A stretch of 63,310 nucleotides of DNA. Source: Octopus bimaculoides (Eukaryota). Below are positions 50,791 through 63,310 of the stretch, piece after piece. Every line of letters begins with the position of its first letter. The stretch's first letter is position 1. The stretch lies in assembly GCF_001194135.2 (NCBI RefSeq), contig NC_068992.1:48669429-48732738 (forward strand), given 5' to 3'. A program made the translations under genes and the position numbers. Under the pieces are notes generated by a model. The model searched no databases. It saw only the letters and a program-made list of their open reading frames with translations, and was not told where the DNA came from.

Positions 50791-53757
50791 GGTAGTTAGA
50801 TCACAGCTACAAAAATTGTAGCCGTTCGTTTCAATATCTGATAGATTCATCTAAAAGAATCCAGATAATGAAACTTAACTGCAGTTTAAATAAATATATT
50901 TTATATGTAGCAAACTAGGACGGACATGTTTTTGCTTCGGCTCTTCTAGCTACGTGAGACATTTAACAATAACTGACTAAGCCAGAATCTTTCATTGAAA
51001 GACGAGGAAATAAATAATATCAAACATTAATAGAGGAGTAATGCAAGAGGGAATATAAAAAAGCAAACACAAACATAGAGGTAAAGCTTTCTGCTATATT
51101 TTACAATTTATTTGTCTCTTAAATCACACACTACAGGTTTCTATTTATATTGATAAATGATGTGTTGATAGCAGATAAACATAACTCACGGTATTTTAAA
51201 GTTATTCATATATTCTAAATAAATATCTCGAATCGTCGGTTACATTGAACGCTACCGAGTTTATAAAGTAAGGTATATTTACGCTTGTAATAACAAACAA
51301 CAACAATAATAATAATTTTTTCTGCATTCGGCCACAAGGATTCGCTCGTACAGTAGAGAACGTGCCGCAAAAATGTTGTAGCAAAACACTTGAGGACTTG
51401 CACAGAGGTGGGTGGGCAGCGGGAGAAAAACGTTAAACGTTAAATTGGATATTTTTTACACGAAACAAATACAAATTATCATAAATATGTCCGCTCTGTC
51501 TACACACGATGTAAATCCTTCTAGTTACCATGAAGGTGCCCCAAGAATTTGGCTACCGAATATACCTATCATCGGCTAACTTGCTTCGAAATTTTTTCTG
51601 AGCATTATTCTCCCGTAGCGGAAAACTGAAGAGCCCTAAATTCTCTGGGGTGTGATCCTTTATATGCAGCTAGATCATTGCAACCGTCTCTTATCGTAAA
51701 GGGAGTCAAGGTCACTAACTAGCACTTAACCCATGCACACTTCAATCAGAACAATATTTCAGAATGTAATAATAATTAAACAGTAAAATATAGGTGACAA
51801 GTAGAAGGAAATTATCCTGTTCCTCCTAGAATGGATTACGACTGAACAATTACCGGACAAGAATTAGATAGCCGTTTATCTGGTAATCTATGTAGTTTAG
51901 AGATCGATAATACAAATGCAGAACAAAGAAGTTATTTGCCCTAAGGTCCTTACTTAGATTTATAAGATATTATTTGTCCTAAGGTCTTTACGTAGATTTA
52001 TTAGATAACCATATTAAAAGTAAAAACAGAAAAACACAGATATGCTAGAATCTCAAGTTAGCAACAATGCGAATAAGGAAAATACTAATAAAGAGGACAA
52101 ATACTCGAATGCTAGCAATATCACCAGCATTGAAGACGTTCACGAAGAAAAAAAATAGTTTTCTATGCTTAAAACCTATTAAACATAAATCACAATCAAA
52201 TCACCATTACCGATCACAGGTCACAGTACTAAAATGATTAATGACCATGCTCAAAAAAAACAAAAAACTGAGAGTAATGTTTAAGATAGTTCTCTCAGCA
52301 TGGAGCAAACAGGACAAACTGCTTATATGCCCTTTCCGAGCAGTGTGAGAGGTACAAGGAATTAAGCAAGTATTTCGTATAAACCTTACGGTGATGTACG
52401 AAATCCTCAGCGTACAGAAAATCACACTTGAGGAACTTGATGCTCCGCGACTTGTCATCAATAAAACAAAATTACAGGAGAATGACAAACCCTCATATAC
52501 TCAGCCGAAGGGGACATAACTTATATTGTCTGCTGTCTTGAAAATACAATATGCAGATGCTGGACAAGCTACTGAAGTCGAACAAGGGTTATCCTTTTTA
52601 CTCCTGTCACTGCACTAAATTTGACCTGGATGCAGCAAATACGAACAAGGTTTTATCTAGGAACAAACATATCAATTACAGAAATATATATGTAGTGACA
52701 GGAACCAAAGAAGCTGTGGTGAAGTTACTACATACGTTTATAAGGATACAACTCCCCTCGTTTCGTAGATATTTAAAATCATAGAAGCATCGACAATAGA
52801 TTTTGACACAAAGAGTTTTGTGAGTCATTGAATTGGCAACTATTGTATAAGAGCTAAAGGTTTCAAGTTTGCTTAATCTGTAATTGGGGCTTGATAATTC
52901 AATAGCTTGTCAAATGACAACGGTTTTTCATTGTTATCAAAACACGTAAACGATGTTGAACGAATGGCTGTTTGCATATTCAAATAACGGTTTAATATTT
53001 TTATGTTTAAGTATCCACATGAAACTACACCACAAGAAATAGATAAGAACAGTAATAGTTGCATTGCTTTAGCAAGTGTTTCTACGAGTTTTTACGTGTA
53101 TATCTGTATGTGTATCACCCTAATATACGATAGTCACTAACTTTTCAGAAGTTAGTTTCCGACGCATGGATTGGCATACAGTATCACAGAAGGAAAAGTA
53201 ATAGGACGAATAATCACGACAGATTTTTCACTTGTTATAGCTTGGACTTTAGGATTATTCCATCTGAAATTTTTCAATCTATAAACTGATTTCTTTTCAA
53301 AAATGCACCGAAAATTCTTCGTAGTCGTATGTATGGGTTTGTATGTGATCGTGTGAGTGTGTATACGTGCGTAAATAATATTTTTTTTTTCCTCCAAAAG
53401 TTTCCAATGAGATCTAGTCCGATAATATGCTCAATTTCGAAATAAATATAGCAAAATAATGTTTGGTGAAATCAATAAAAAACTATCAGTATCAGCAGAT
53501 AGATCGTAACTGTTCAATAATTGAACAGAGAAATGTTTATATAACGATTTTAAATATCTAACTCATCCATTTTCTTTTTCTCTAGATTTTTAAATGTTTT
53601 AATTTCAAAGTATATAATTTTAGCATTCGAAACCTGTTTACTTACACATTTGAATATCAATAAATTTAAAAAAGAAATAACACCAAATAATATAGTATCG
53701 ATATTGAAGGCATATATGTTCTATATTCAATATGTGTGTATGTGTACATGATTGTAT

Positions 53758-53800
<43 letters not shown>

Positions 53801-54579
53801 CATATATATATGCGTTTACGTGTGTATGTGTATGGATGTGTGTATATATATATACATATATATATATATACATACATATATATAAAAGGATATATAAACA
53901 TATCTATGCATGTATAAACATATATATATGTATATTGTATGCATATAGATATATGTATTGTATATATGCAAATACATATAATATATATAAATATATATAT
54001 TGTATNNNNNNNNNNNNNNNNNNNNNNNNNNNNNNNNNNNNNNNNNNNNNNNNNNNNNNNNNNNNNNNNNNNNNNNNNNNNNNNNNNNNNNNNNNNNNNN
54101 NNNNNNNNNNNNNNNNNNNNNNNNNNNNNNNNNNNNNNNNNNNNNNNNNNNNNNNNNNNNNNNNNNNNNNNNNNNNNNNNNNNNNNNNNNNNNNNNNNNN
54201 NNNNNNNNNNNNNNNNNNNNNNNNNNNNNNNNNNNNNNNNNNNNNNNNNNNNNNNNNNNNNNNNNNNNNNNNNNNNNNNNNNNNNNNNNNNNNNNNNNNN
54301 NNNNNNNNNNNNNNNNNNNNNNNNNNNNNNNNNNNNNNNNNNNNNNNNNNNNNNNNNNNNNNNNNNNNNNNNNNNNNNNNNNNNNNNNNNNNNNNNNNNN
54401 NNNNNNNNNNNNNNNNNNNNNNNNNNNNNNNNNNNNNNNNNNNNNNNNNNNNNNNNNNNNNNNNNNNNNNNNNNNNNNNNNNNNNNNNNNNNNNNNNNNN
54501 NNNNNNNNNNNNNNNNNNNNNNNNNNNNNNNNNNNNNNNNNNNNNNNNNNNNNNNNNNNNNNNNNNNNNNNNNNNNNNN

Positions 54580-54770
54580 GAGAATTTACGAAAAAAACAA
54601 CAGACGAGGACAGGTGGTGTAAACAAAAATAGGATGTATTAGTTTAACGCTCGGGAATACAGAAAGTCTTTAACGTTTCGAGCTACGCTCTTCAACAGAA
54701 ACAATACGGAGAAAACAAGGAGAAAAACACGGAGAAAAAAAAATGGAGAAAAAAAATTGAATGGTTTGGT
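54580..54770 (-). mobile_element. Penelope-like terminal-repeat fragment, second related copy
   Basis: Contains the hammerhead and a downstream tract similar to 25858-25920. It abuts an N-gap. Confidence 0.5.
54668..54702 (-). ncRNA. Degenerate hammerhead ribozyme (core A6 changed to U)
   Basis: The minus strand reads GTTT-CTGTTGA-A-GAGC(GTA)GCTC-GAAAC-GT-T-AAAG. The architecture matches 25823, with one core substitution and a shortened stem I. Confidence 0.55.
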
Positions 54771-54791
54771 CAGCGATCAATCATATATATA

Positions 54792-55150
54792 TGATAGTCT
54801 CTCCCGTCGGTATCGACGTATGAGGCTCGAACATTGTACACATTCTTTGTCAGTCATAATGCTTATGTCTGATGTGACATTGAAGTCCCACCAACGATTT
54901 GCAAAGAAGGCCACGAATGTTGCAAGTTTGGGGATTACAGGTCAGTGTAGGTGGTATATTTGCAGCCGCTTTTCTCCCGAAGCCTATTAATGCTGTTTGC
55001 AACAAAGTTTTTAATGTATATTATGTATTTATATATGCATGTATATATTTGTATAGTATATTTTTTCGTGATAGTATGACCACCAAATTCGTTTATAAAT
55101 CTGAACACGAGAAATTCAACTGCACTAGCCATTTATATTAATAACTTTAA
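54792..55150 (-). mobile_element. Second, older RTE-like 3' end with a decayed C2H2 finger
   Basis: CNIRGLLCKSLVGLQCHIRHKH then stop, with a short UTR ending AGACTATCA-(TA)n. The second Cys is CGT, consistent with a TGT-to-CGT change. Confidence 0.5.
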
Positions 55151-55269
55151 AATGCGAAATAAAGAATATAGACTTCATTGGTCTACTATCACAGAAACTA
55201 CTCGATAGAGCACACGTACAAGAACGTGCAGATTGTGCACATAAGAATCAATTAACATACTTCGTACAG

Positions 55270-55570
55270 ATAATAAAAAACTTCTTCGGGTCGACCAAAA
55301 CTTTGTGCGTTGATTTGGTAGACGGAAACTGAAAGAAACCCGTCGTATGTATGTGTAAGAGAGATTGTGCGTGTATATATGTATATGTGAGTCTATGTTT
55401 GTCGCCCACCACCGCTTGGCAACCGGTGTTGGTGTGTTTATGTCCCCGTAACCTCTGGGTTCGTCAAAAGGAACAAAAAAGAATTGGAATTGATTTGCTC
55501 TAATAAAACCTCTAAAAGGCCGTGCCCCATCATGAATGCAGTCTAATGATTGAATCCAGTACAAGTAAAT
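55270..55570 (+). mobile_element. SINE family B, 5'-truncated
   Basis: gatttggtagacggaaactgaaagaaacccgtcg..aaccggtgttggtgtgtttatgtccccgtaac. Confidence 0.85.
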
Positions 55571-55632
55571 ATATATATATACGTATACATTACATGTGTA
55601 TGTATGTATATGTATATATGTGTGTATGTATG

Positions 55633-55680
<48 letters not shown>

Positions 55681-55915
55681 TGTATATATGCGTGTATATA
55701 TGTATGTGTATATATATGTGTGCATGCATGTGTATGCCTGTCTATATATATATATGTGTGCATGTATGTATATATGTGTATGTATTTATGTATATATGTG
55801 TGTGTATGTTTGTATATATATATGTGTATGTATGTATATATATATGTATATGTATCTACGTGTCTATGTATGTGTATATATATATGTATATGTGTGTTTG
55901 TATATTTACAGTATA
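55570..55915. repeat. Degenerate (TA)/(TG) tract after the SINE B tail
   Basis: Read directly from the sequence. Confidence 0.9.
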
Positions 55916-56832
55916 TACATACCACGTCTTAAGGGTGTATCTATTGAGATTCAGGGGGGGTAATTAATTATTTCGCTACATTTACACTTATACATAAGCG
56001 TGCGTGCATATATGGGTATATATTGTACTTGTGAGGTGTATGTATGTTGTCGATTGTATCACAAAATTTATATCTGCACATCTCTTTGCAGACGAAAACA
56101 ACCGTCCCGTACCCCACAAACACATATATATCTACGTTATATGATTATCTGCATACACACGCAGAGATACCACACACACAAACATTTACATAATACTGTA
56201 TATTTTATAAATCTCACACAGCGTGACATTGCTTTCATAACCTCTCGATTGGAGATCTTAACGACTTTGGCAACTTCCGACAACAACAATACCTCCAGCG
56301 GTGCCTAAGCTACCAAAGATTATATATGTAATACATCTCACATGTATATATGTATCTATGCATGCATATATATATATACATATATACGTATAAGAATATA
56401 GATATACACACACGTATTTATGTATGTATGTACGATCGCACAGTGTCTCGCTGGCTTTTAATTCTTTTCTTATTTATGAAGTATATCAGAGATCTATCGT
56501 AATTTATATTTTATGATATTCATACTTAAAGAGATAGAAAGAAAAAGATATATGTTTGAGTGGCAGGTATGATTGAAAGAAGAAGAAACAAATGTAGTAG
56601 ATAGCAGGTATAGAAAAATAGAAGGGTTGAAGGTGGAAAAGTAAGAGAAAAGACGGGAAAGATATTTTGATATAGAATTAGAAGATAATGTTGATTAAAA
56701 ATATTAAATTTTGGTTATGGAATATGAACTAAAATGATTCATATGAAATTTAAATAAACCGATTCTATTCATGAACGTGGGCCCTGGATACATATGTGGG
56801 GTATTTTTATGAGATACGTATCCTATGTGTGT

Positions 56833-57113
56833 ATGTATGTATATACGTTCATCCACATGTACATATAGATACATAACTGGGTACATGACGTGGAAAAAGA
56901 ACAAGGACAAAAATGGTATNNNNNNNNNNNNNNNNNNNNNNNNNNNNNNNNNNNNNNNNNNNNNNNNNNNNNNNNNNNNNNNNNNNNNNNNNNNNNNNNN
57001 NNNNNNNNNNNNNNNNNNNNNNNNNNNNNNNNNNNNNNNNNNNNNNNNNNNNNNNNNNNNNNNNNNNNNNNNNNNNNNNNNNNNNNNNNNNNNNNNNNNN
57101 NNNNNNNNNNNNN

Positions 57114-57159
<46 letters not shown>

Positions 57160-57275
57160 AATATATGAGTATATGCATATATATGTACATGTATGTATAT
57201 ACGTTCATCCACATGTACATATAGATACATAACTGGGTACATGACGTGGAAAAAGAACAAGGACAAAAATGGTAT
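56833..57275 (-). mobile_element. Same family as 23905-24183, present as two partial tandem copies
   Basis: An exact 87-bp repeat (56833-56919 and 57189-57275) is separated by a gap, (TA)n and 33 extra bp. Confidence 0.45.
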
Positions 57276-57399
57276 ATATTTATTTATTTATTAGTTTCAA
57301 ATTGGGGCACAATGCTGGCAATTTCGGTGGAGGGGGTTAGTCGATAGTTCATGCCTTTTTTTTATCATTTAAAATAATAGCTGTTTTTATAAGAATTCC

Positions 57400-57630
57400 A
57401 TCCATCCATCCAATCAACTTCTTCGACCACTATTCCTTGGAATTCGTGGGGGCTACAGAATCCTTAGGTATCTCCTCCATGGATTCTATCAGAAGCAATC
57501 GTCCTTAGACTTTCTGGCCAGACTCTCAAGTGCGTCCAACCGAGATTACGGATATTATCTAATCATAGATCTGCTTCCAGTTGGCTCCTACGATTCTTTC
57601 TTCTGACATTGCAGAATAAGACCTCCAGAA
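57400..57630 (-). mobile_element. RTE-clade LINE 3' end with (GATG)n tail
   Basis: Translation resembles the RTE C-terminus (DNIRNLGW..LR..ASDR..W). The tail reads gatggatggatgg. Confidence 0.5.
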
Positions 57631-58089
57631 ACTATTGTATGAAAATTGGGTTAATAAGAATTCAATTGGAAAGTTTTTTTGTTTTTTTTTTTATTTACTG
57701 GACATAATGTTATAGTTATTTACTCTGCCATATTCCAAGTACCAGTTTTATTGCCTTTGAAAAGCAGAAATGTAACGTTAAGATTACTATAAATATACAT
57801 GTGTGTGTGGGGGTGTTGTGTGTATGTGTGTGTGTGTGTATGTGGGGGGGGGGCGTAGTTTAGTGATCATTACATTGCAGTTTCAATTCCTGCCTTCTTT
57901 TCAGTAAAAATATTCTGTTTCGCGTTACGGCAGTTCACTCAGCTGGCAAAGACTAATAACCCTGGTACAAAACTGGCGTCCCGTTCAGTGGATGGGTGGG
58001 GGAATACATACGTCACAGAATCCAGGAGACCGGCCTTAAGAGCTAATTTCTCGAGAAGGACCGTAGATCCATTTTCCGTTATATATTTA

Positions 58090-58107
58090 TATATGTGNNN
58101 NNNNNNN

Positions 58108-58175
<68 letters not shown>

Positions 58176-58221
58176 ATGAAGGAAAGAGAAGATAGGCTTA
58201 ATACTAGTCTTTATTCATTAC

Positions 58222-58258
<37 letters not shown>

Positions 58259-58435
58259 ATTAATACAACTACAAGTCTGACATTTTGTACATAATCAAAT
58301 AGACATATATATGTATACACACACATACATACACACATATATATACACACACACATACACATACACATACACATACATACATACATACATACATACATAC
58401 ATACATACATACATACATACATACATACATACATT
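58090..58435. repeat. (TG), (TA) and (CATA) microsatellites
   Basis: Read directly from the sequence. Confidence 0.95.
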
Positions 58436-59174
58436 CTTTGTTGCGTACTTAATAAAGTTTGTATCTGCTGGTACTACAGCTATACGCTTGACGTCCTTTT
58501 CAATATTACGCACACACACACGTGTGTGTGTGTCTTTGTGCCTGTGCGCGTGTCGATGTATGTCTATATATCGTATAAATATTCAGATATATATACATAT
58601 AAACTTATATATTTTTTATTACATATATATGCATATGTGTGTATATAAATCTATGTATGTTTATATACCAATATATTTACACATTTATATGTATGTGCTC
58701 ACACCCACACAAAACGCACACATATATAGAATAGAATACAAAAGACCTCTATTTGATAAAAGAATAGGTTGTCTTAACATAGATATTATATTTTTAAAGT
58801 ACGCTTAAATATATAAATTTCTGTCTTCAGCCTTCTATCTCCCTTTGTATCACTCTCTAATGCTATAGATATATAAATATGGCGCAGGTTGTGTGTGTGA
58901 GATGTATGAGATGTCACTAACAGACAGATGGATCGATAGACAGATATCTATATTGATAGATTTGTTTTTTGTTTCTTTTAGACCATTCAACATACTGGTA
59001 AATTAAAACATTTATTATAGAAACGAATTGTATTATCCCAATGTCAATATACTTACTTATGCTATACACAAATATGTGAGGGTGTGTGTGCGTGCGTGGA
59101 TGTGTGTATGCATGCATGTATGTATGTATGTATGTATTTATGTAAACATGCATACTTGCACACGCACGCATAAA

Positions 59175-59211
<37 letters not shown>

Positions 59212-59578
59212 NNNNNNNNNNNNNNNNNNNNNNNNNNNNNNNNNNNNNNNNNNNNNNNNNNNNNNNNNNNNNNNNNNNNNNNNNNNNNNNNNNNNNNNNN
59301 NNNNNNNNNNNNNNNNNNNNNNNNNNNNNNNNNNNNNNNNNNNNNNNNNNNNNNNNNNNNNNNNNNNNNNNNNNNNNNNNNNNNNNNNNNNNNNNNNNNN
59401 NNNNNNNNNNNNNNNNNNNNNNNNNNNNNNNNNNNNNNNNNNNNNNNNNNNNNNNNNNNNNNNNNNNNNNNNNNNNNNNNNNNNNNNNNNNNNNNNNNNN
59501 NNNNNNNNNNNNNNNNNNNNNNNNNNNNNNNNNNNNNNNNNNNNNNNNNNNNNNNNNNNNNNNNNNNNNNNNNNNNNN

Positions 59579-59632
<54 letters not shown>

Positions 59633-60269
59633 TGCTTATTGCAGCATTGACTTCTGTCGTTATATATCCTCAATGTGATGTGTTAATGCTGTATCTGTAC
59701 ATTCGACAGAGCATTTTAGAAGCTGTATACTACATGATAAAAGATTTCACATTAGTTACACAACGATATAGATACTGAAGCACTTCAGCATTCAAAATTC
59801 AGAACAATATGTCTGTTATATAGACAAAGACAGCAAAAAATTTTCAATGACTAAAGAAATTTGATCCTAATAGATATCAATAGTGAATAACTAAACAGAC
59901 TATAAAATCTTGCATTATAATAAAAGCAGTGAATACTGCAGAAAGTGAAAGACAGATAATTTGTCATCAGTCTGGCTGATTCTTTGAATTGGAATTCTGT
60001 ATTTTAGCATTAAGGGTCCTTTTCAATAGTTCACAAAATATGCAGGGGAGAGTTTATGAGTTCAATGCTAACGATTCTAATGCATTATCGGTTTCTACAA
60101 GTATATCCGCTAAAAAGAGTTATCCTGTTGTACGATGGCATATGGTAGCCGGTAACCATATAGAAGCTTTGAAATGCCCGTTATGAGGTCATTACCCAGA
60201 TGATATAAAATAATATTGATTATTATTCCATACCCGGAAAATTCGCTATCGTAACGGTGCCTAACGAGT

Positions 60270-62750
60270 AAGAGGATGTATCTATGTCTACACCGAGTAA
60301 GAGGAAGTACCTGAAACAACTAACCAAGAATACATGTTCTTCATCAACAGAATAAGGTGGAAGATATCTTTGACAGGAAAATTAAAATGAGTAATAAGAA
60401 ATAATTCGAAGAAAAACTAAAGAATGAATTTAAATCACTGAGGAACCGCCCACCTTAATCGGCATCTAGCACTGTTTGGGGAGAAACCATATAATATAAT
60501 TAAGAATGTCAGATTTGAAAAAATTCCTTAGGCAAACAACCAACACCAAAAGGAATTTAGAATATACTGGAAGACCTGAAATATGCAAGAGGTGTATTAG
60601 TACAGGCTGATAAAACCGGAAATTTATATTATGCCGACATTGAAACATATTAAAAACTTATCATTAACTTAAGAGTAAATATAATTATACAGTAAATGAA
60701 ACATTAACTGAGATAAATAAGAAGGGACATGAAATAACTACAGAGCTGGGAATTGAAGACATAACAAAACTATATACACCTTGAAGACCTAGAATTAAAA
60801 ACCATAAGAGTAATATTCACAGCTATCCGTCAGTTAGACTAATATACCCATCTAAATTATTTGTAGGTTGAATCAGTAAAACTATTATAAATAAAATGTT
60901 ATCAACGCTGAGATCCTAATTAAGCTTATGCTGTGGTCAGACACACTAGATATTATTCCTTGGCTTAAAAGCCTGGACAATAAAAATAGCTGCAAGTTTA
61001 TACATCTAGACATCTCTAATTACTATTCCAATATCAATCCGATAAAACTTAATGCGGCACTTATATTCGTTAAGCGCAGCTCTAATTTATCCAGACATGA
61101 GATAGATATTATACTGGTTGCCCGTAATACAATAATTGCTTACGATAATAAGTTATGGATGAGATCGGATAAAATGAACTGTTTTGACATAACGATGGGA
61201 TCAAATGACCAGCGCAGGTCACTGATCTCGTCGGCTTTTACATTCTTTTCCAGATGGAATCCTGGCTTCCGAGGTTAAGTGGGGATGCCGTTATTTTTCT
61301 AGCAGACAATTGTAGTTAAGTGGAAATGGAACGATATGGGGAAAAATGTTTAAATTCTTCAAAAATTTAGAACTATCCATTACAATTAAGAACGATCCCG
61401 AAGTTGTTCGTTTTCTAGGCGGAACACTTAATTTAAACACAGAGATTTTTGAATCATACTACAAACCAACTGAGAATCTAAAGTATGTAGAAAGAAATTA
61501 TATCATACACATTCTGTATTTAAAAGCATTTTGAAACGTATATCCAATAGAATTTGCAGGCTGTCTGCAAATGAAAAGTATTTACTCACACGTTGGGTAT
61601 TACAATGCGGCACTGGCCAGTGCTGGATACAGTAGAAAAAATTAAGTATTCACTTAGCAATATTATAATTAATCAATATAAAAAGGGAAATAATGAAAAG
61701 GGGAGAGATATAGAGATAGTTCTACTAATGAACATAAATAGGATGCAAATCTTAGGGTAGATATCCAGGAAGGAAAAATCATAAACTTAGAATCAGAATC
61801 TGATAGTTTGGTTAGAATGAATACAAATAGAAGAAAGGCAGTTTGAAATGGGAACAAAATACCTACTTTTATTCCAATCGTAATGATTCTACTAAGGACG
61901 ATAATGATTACACCACACTTAATATCCAATCTAATTAAGGTGGCATCTTATAGTTCAGTGTTTGGATTGCATGTAGCATCTAAAAGTTTCCTCTGCATTT
62001 TCCTTTAACAGGCATATGGTAAAATTGCCATATGAAACATAAAATAACCTTGAATACAATATTCATAAAGTAAATAATAGAAAGTTGAATATGGTAAGCG
62101 TAAACTCTAAAAATATCGTCTAGAATAGCGTATCTCCAGGGAGTGGAGAAGGTAATAATGCTGGGAGGCGGAAGAGAAATCAGTTCATATAATTTTAACG
62201 TAGGTATAAATGTCGACATTAAGATTGATAATAGGAGCAAAACTGAGAATGGATTCAACACTAATAATAGCAACACTGTCAATAACAATAACAAACACAG
62301 TAAGAGGAAAGATATGAAAACAAATACAAGGGGAAAACTGGTTGCAAATAATAAAGTAAAAATGTAATTGTAGGGATAAATAAGTATGTCCTTTGGCGAA
62401 TGAATGTTTACGTAGGAACATATAAATGTACTGTAAAATCAAATACCCGTATATATGCATATCTAGTTGCAACTAGCTATACATTGAAGAACTGCTGGAG
62501 GAACCATGCTGCATCATTTACAGAAAGCTGCAAGTGACAATACATATCACTCGCAGACCTTATACTGGAACTCAAACGGAAAAAATACAGCACGATTTCG
62601 ACAAAACTACGAAATACAAAACCAAATAACGTATACTCAAAAGAATGTAATGTAACTTCTGCATGGAAAAGGTACTTGAAATAATATCATGTAGTGATTG
62701 TTTCGACAAGCATGATTATAATGTTGTTTACCTGAATTATGTCATATTTG
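60270..62750 (+). mobile_element. Decayed near-full-length Penelope-like element (RT + C-terminal GIY-YIG endonuclease)
   Basis: Frameshifted translation gives, in order: TPSKRKYLKQL..INRIRWK; VQADKTGNLY; FIHLDISNYYSNI; FDITMGSND/AQVTDLVGFYIL; LELSITIKNDPEVVRFLGGTLNL..YYKP; YNAALASAGY; FNRHMVKLPY; CNCRDK*VCPLANECL; YLVATSYTLKNCWRNHAASF..LADLILELK; KECN../CMEKVLEII. These match recalled PLE RT and GIY-YIG motifs. Many stops are present, and the catalytic YRDD reads SGDA. Confidence 0.85.
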
Positions 62751-63279
62751 TAATAATTTCTATGTATCTATGGTCATTTAGTTATATCAATCCGTTATTT
62801 ACTCAAAAATGCTATTATAATGTTGCAGTATCATTATTTGGTATGTTCAAATGATATTATTTATATTGCTGTCCACCTAAATTGTACAATGCCATAATAA
62901 CTGATTTGCTCGGTACAGTTGTTTAGGAGAATGGAAAGTGACTGCTAAGACTGACATGGAGAGATGCATATGGTTGAGAGCAAAAGTGGCGACATATATG
63001 GATATATGCATTTTAGTGTGAAATAAAATAATATGAATATGTGTACAATGAATGTGCGAGAGTGAAAACTATTTATTTAACCTAACGCTGTCAAGCGAGA
63101 GAAATCGTCAATTATATGTAGGTATATATGTGTATATATACATGAGTATAGATATGTGTATGCAAGTATGTAAGGAATGTTGGGATATAAATCGGTGGCA
63201 GTTTATGTATGCGTATGTGTGCGCGCGTGCGCGCGTGCGTGTATTTGTGTGTATGTGTGCATATATATGTATTGCATAC

Positions 63280-63310
<31 letters not shown>

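Noticed and set aside
51566-53270. Phase-2 exon candidates at 51566-51625 (FPLRENNAQKKFRSKLADD) and ~53178-53265 (WNNPKVQAITSEK...)
   Set aside because: Either could join the 29358 exon, but the splice sites are only moderate and such candidates arise by chance.
60270-62750. Selenocysteine-recoded PLE, as described for Naiad elements
   Set aside because: Interruptions include TAA, TAG and frameshifts, the domain order is RT then EN, and the catalytic motif is lost, so this is ordinary decay.
1-63310. Most ORF-track entries (poly-YI, CV, HT, LS, I, N, V and X-filled ORFs)
   Set aside because: They are translations of di-, tri- and tetranucleotide repeats or N-gaps.

Overview
This is eukaryotic, AT-rich DNA with about 10% of its length in roughly 20 N-gaps, nearly all flanked by microsatellites. 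The repeat content suggests a coleoid cephalopod such as Octopus; that is an inference from recalled repeat families, and no search was run. Most ORF-track entries are translations of microsatellites or N-runs. The main contents are: (1) many decayed retroelements, including about 11 fragments of restriction-like-endonuclease (RLE) LINEs of the R4/Dong type, RTE-type LINE 3' ends (two with C-terminal C2H2 fingers), and four SINE-like families (labelled A-D here); (2) a near-complete but dead Penelope-like element (RT + GIY-YIG) at ~60.3-62.75 kb; (3) short Penelope-type terminal fragments carrying minimal hammerhead ribozymes, one apparently intact at 25823-25857; (4) Tc1/mariner, HINE-like and piggyBac-like DNA-transposon remnants; (5) a few exons of an unidentified minus-strand protein-coding gene (best supported: 29300-29358 joined to 26682-26968); and (6) a promoter-like ETS-CRE/YY1 island at ~9 kb and a CTCF-like site. 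No CRISPR array, rRNA gene or true tRNA gene is supported. I found no clearly new biological system. The best leads are the hammerhead-bearing microsatellite-associated elements, a SINE with an ~83-bp target-site-like duplication, and the unidentified gene. Protein-family matches were made by eye against remembered consensus motifs, and element boundaries are approximate.
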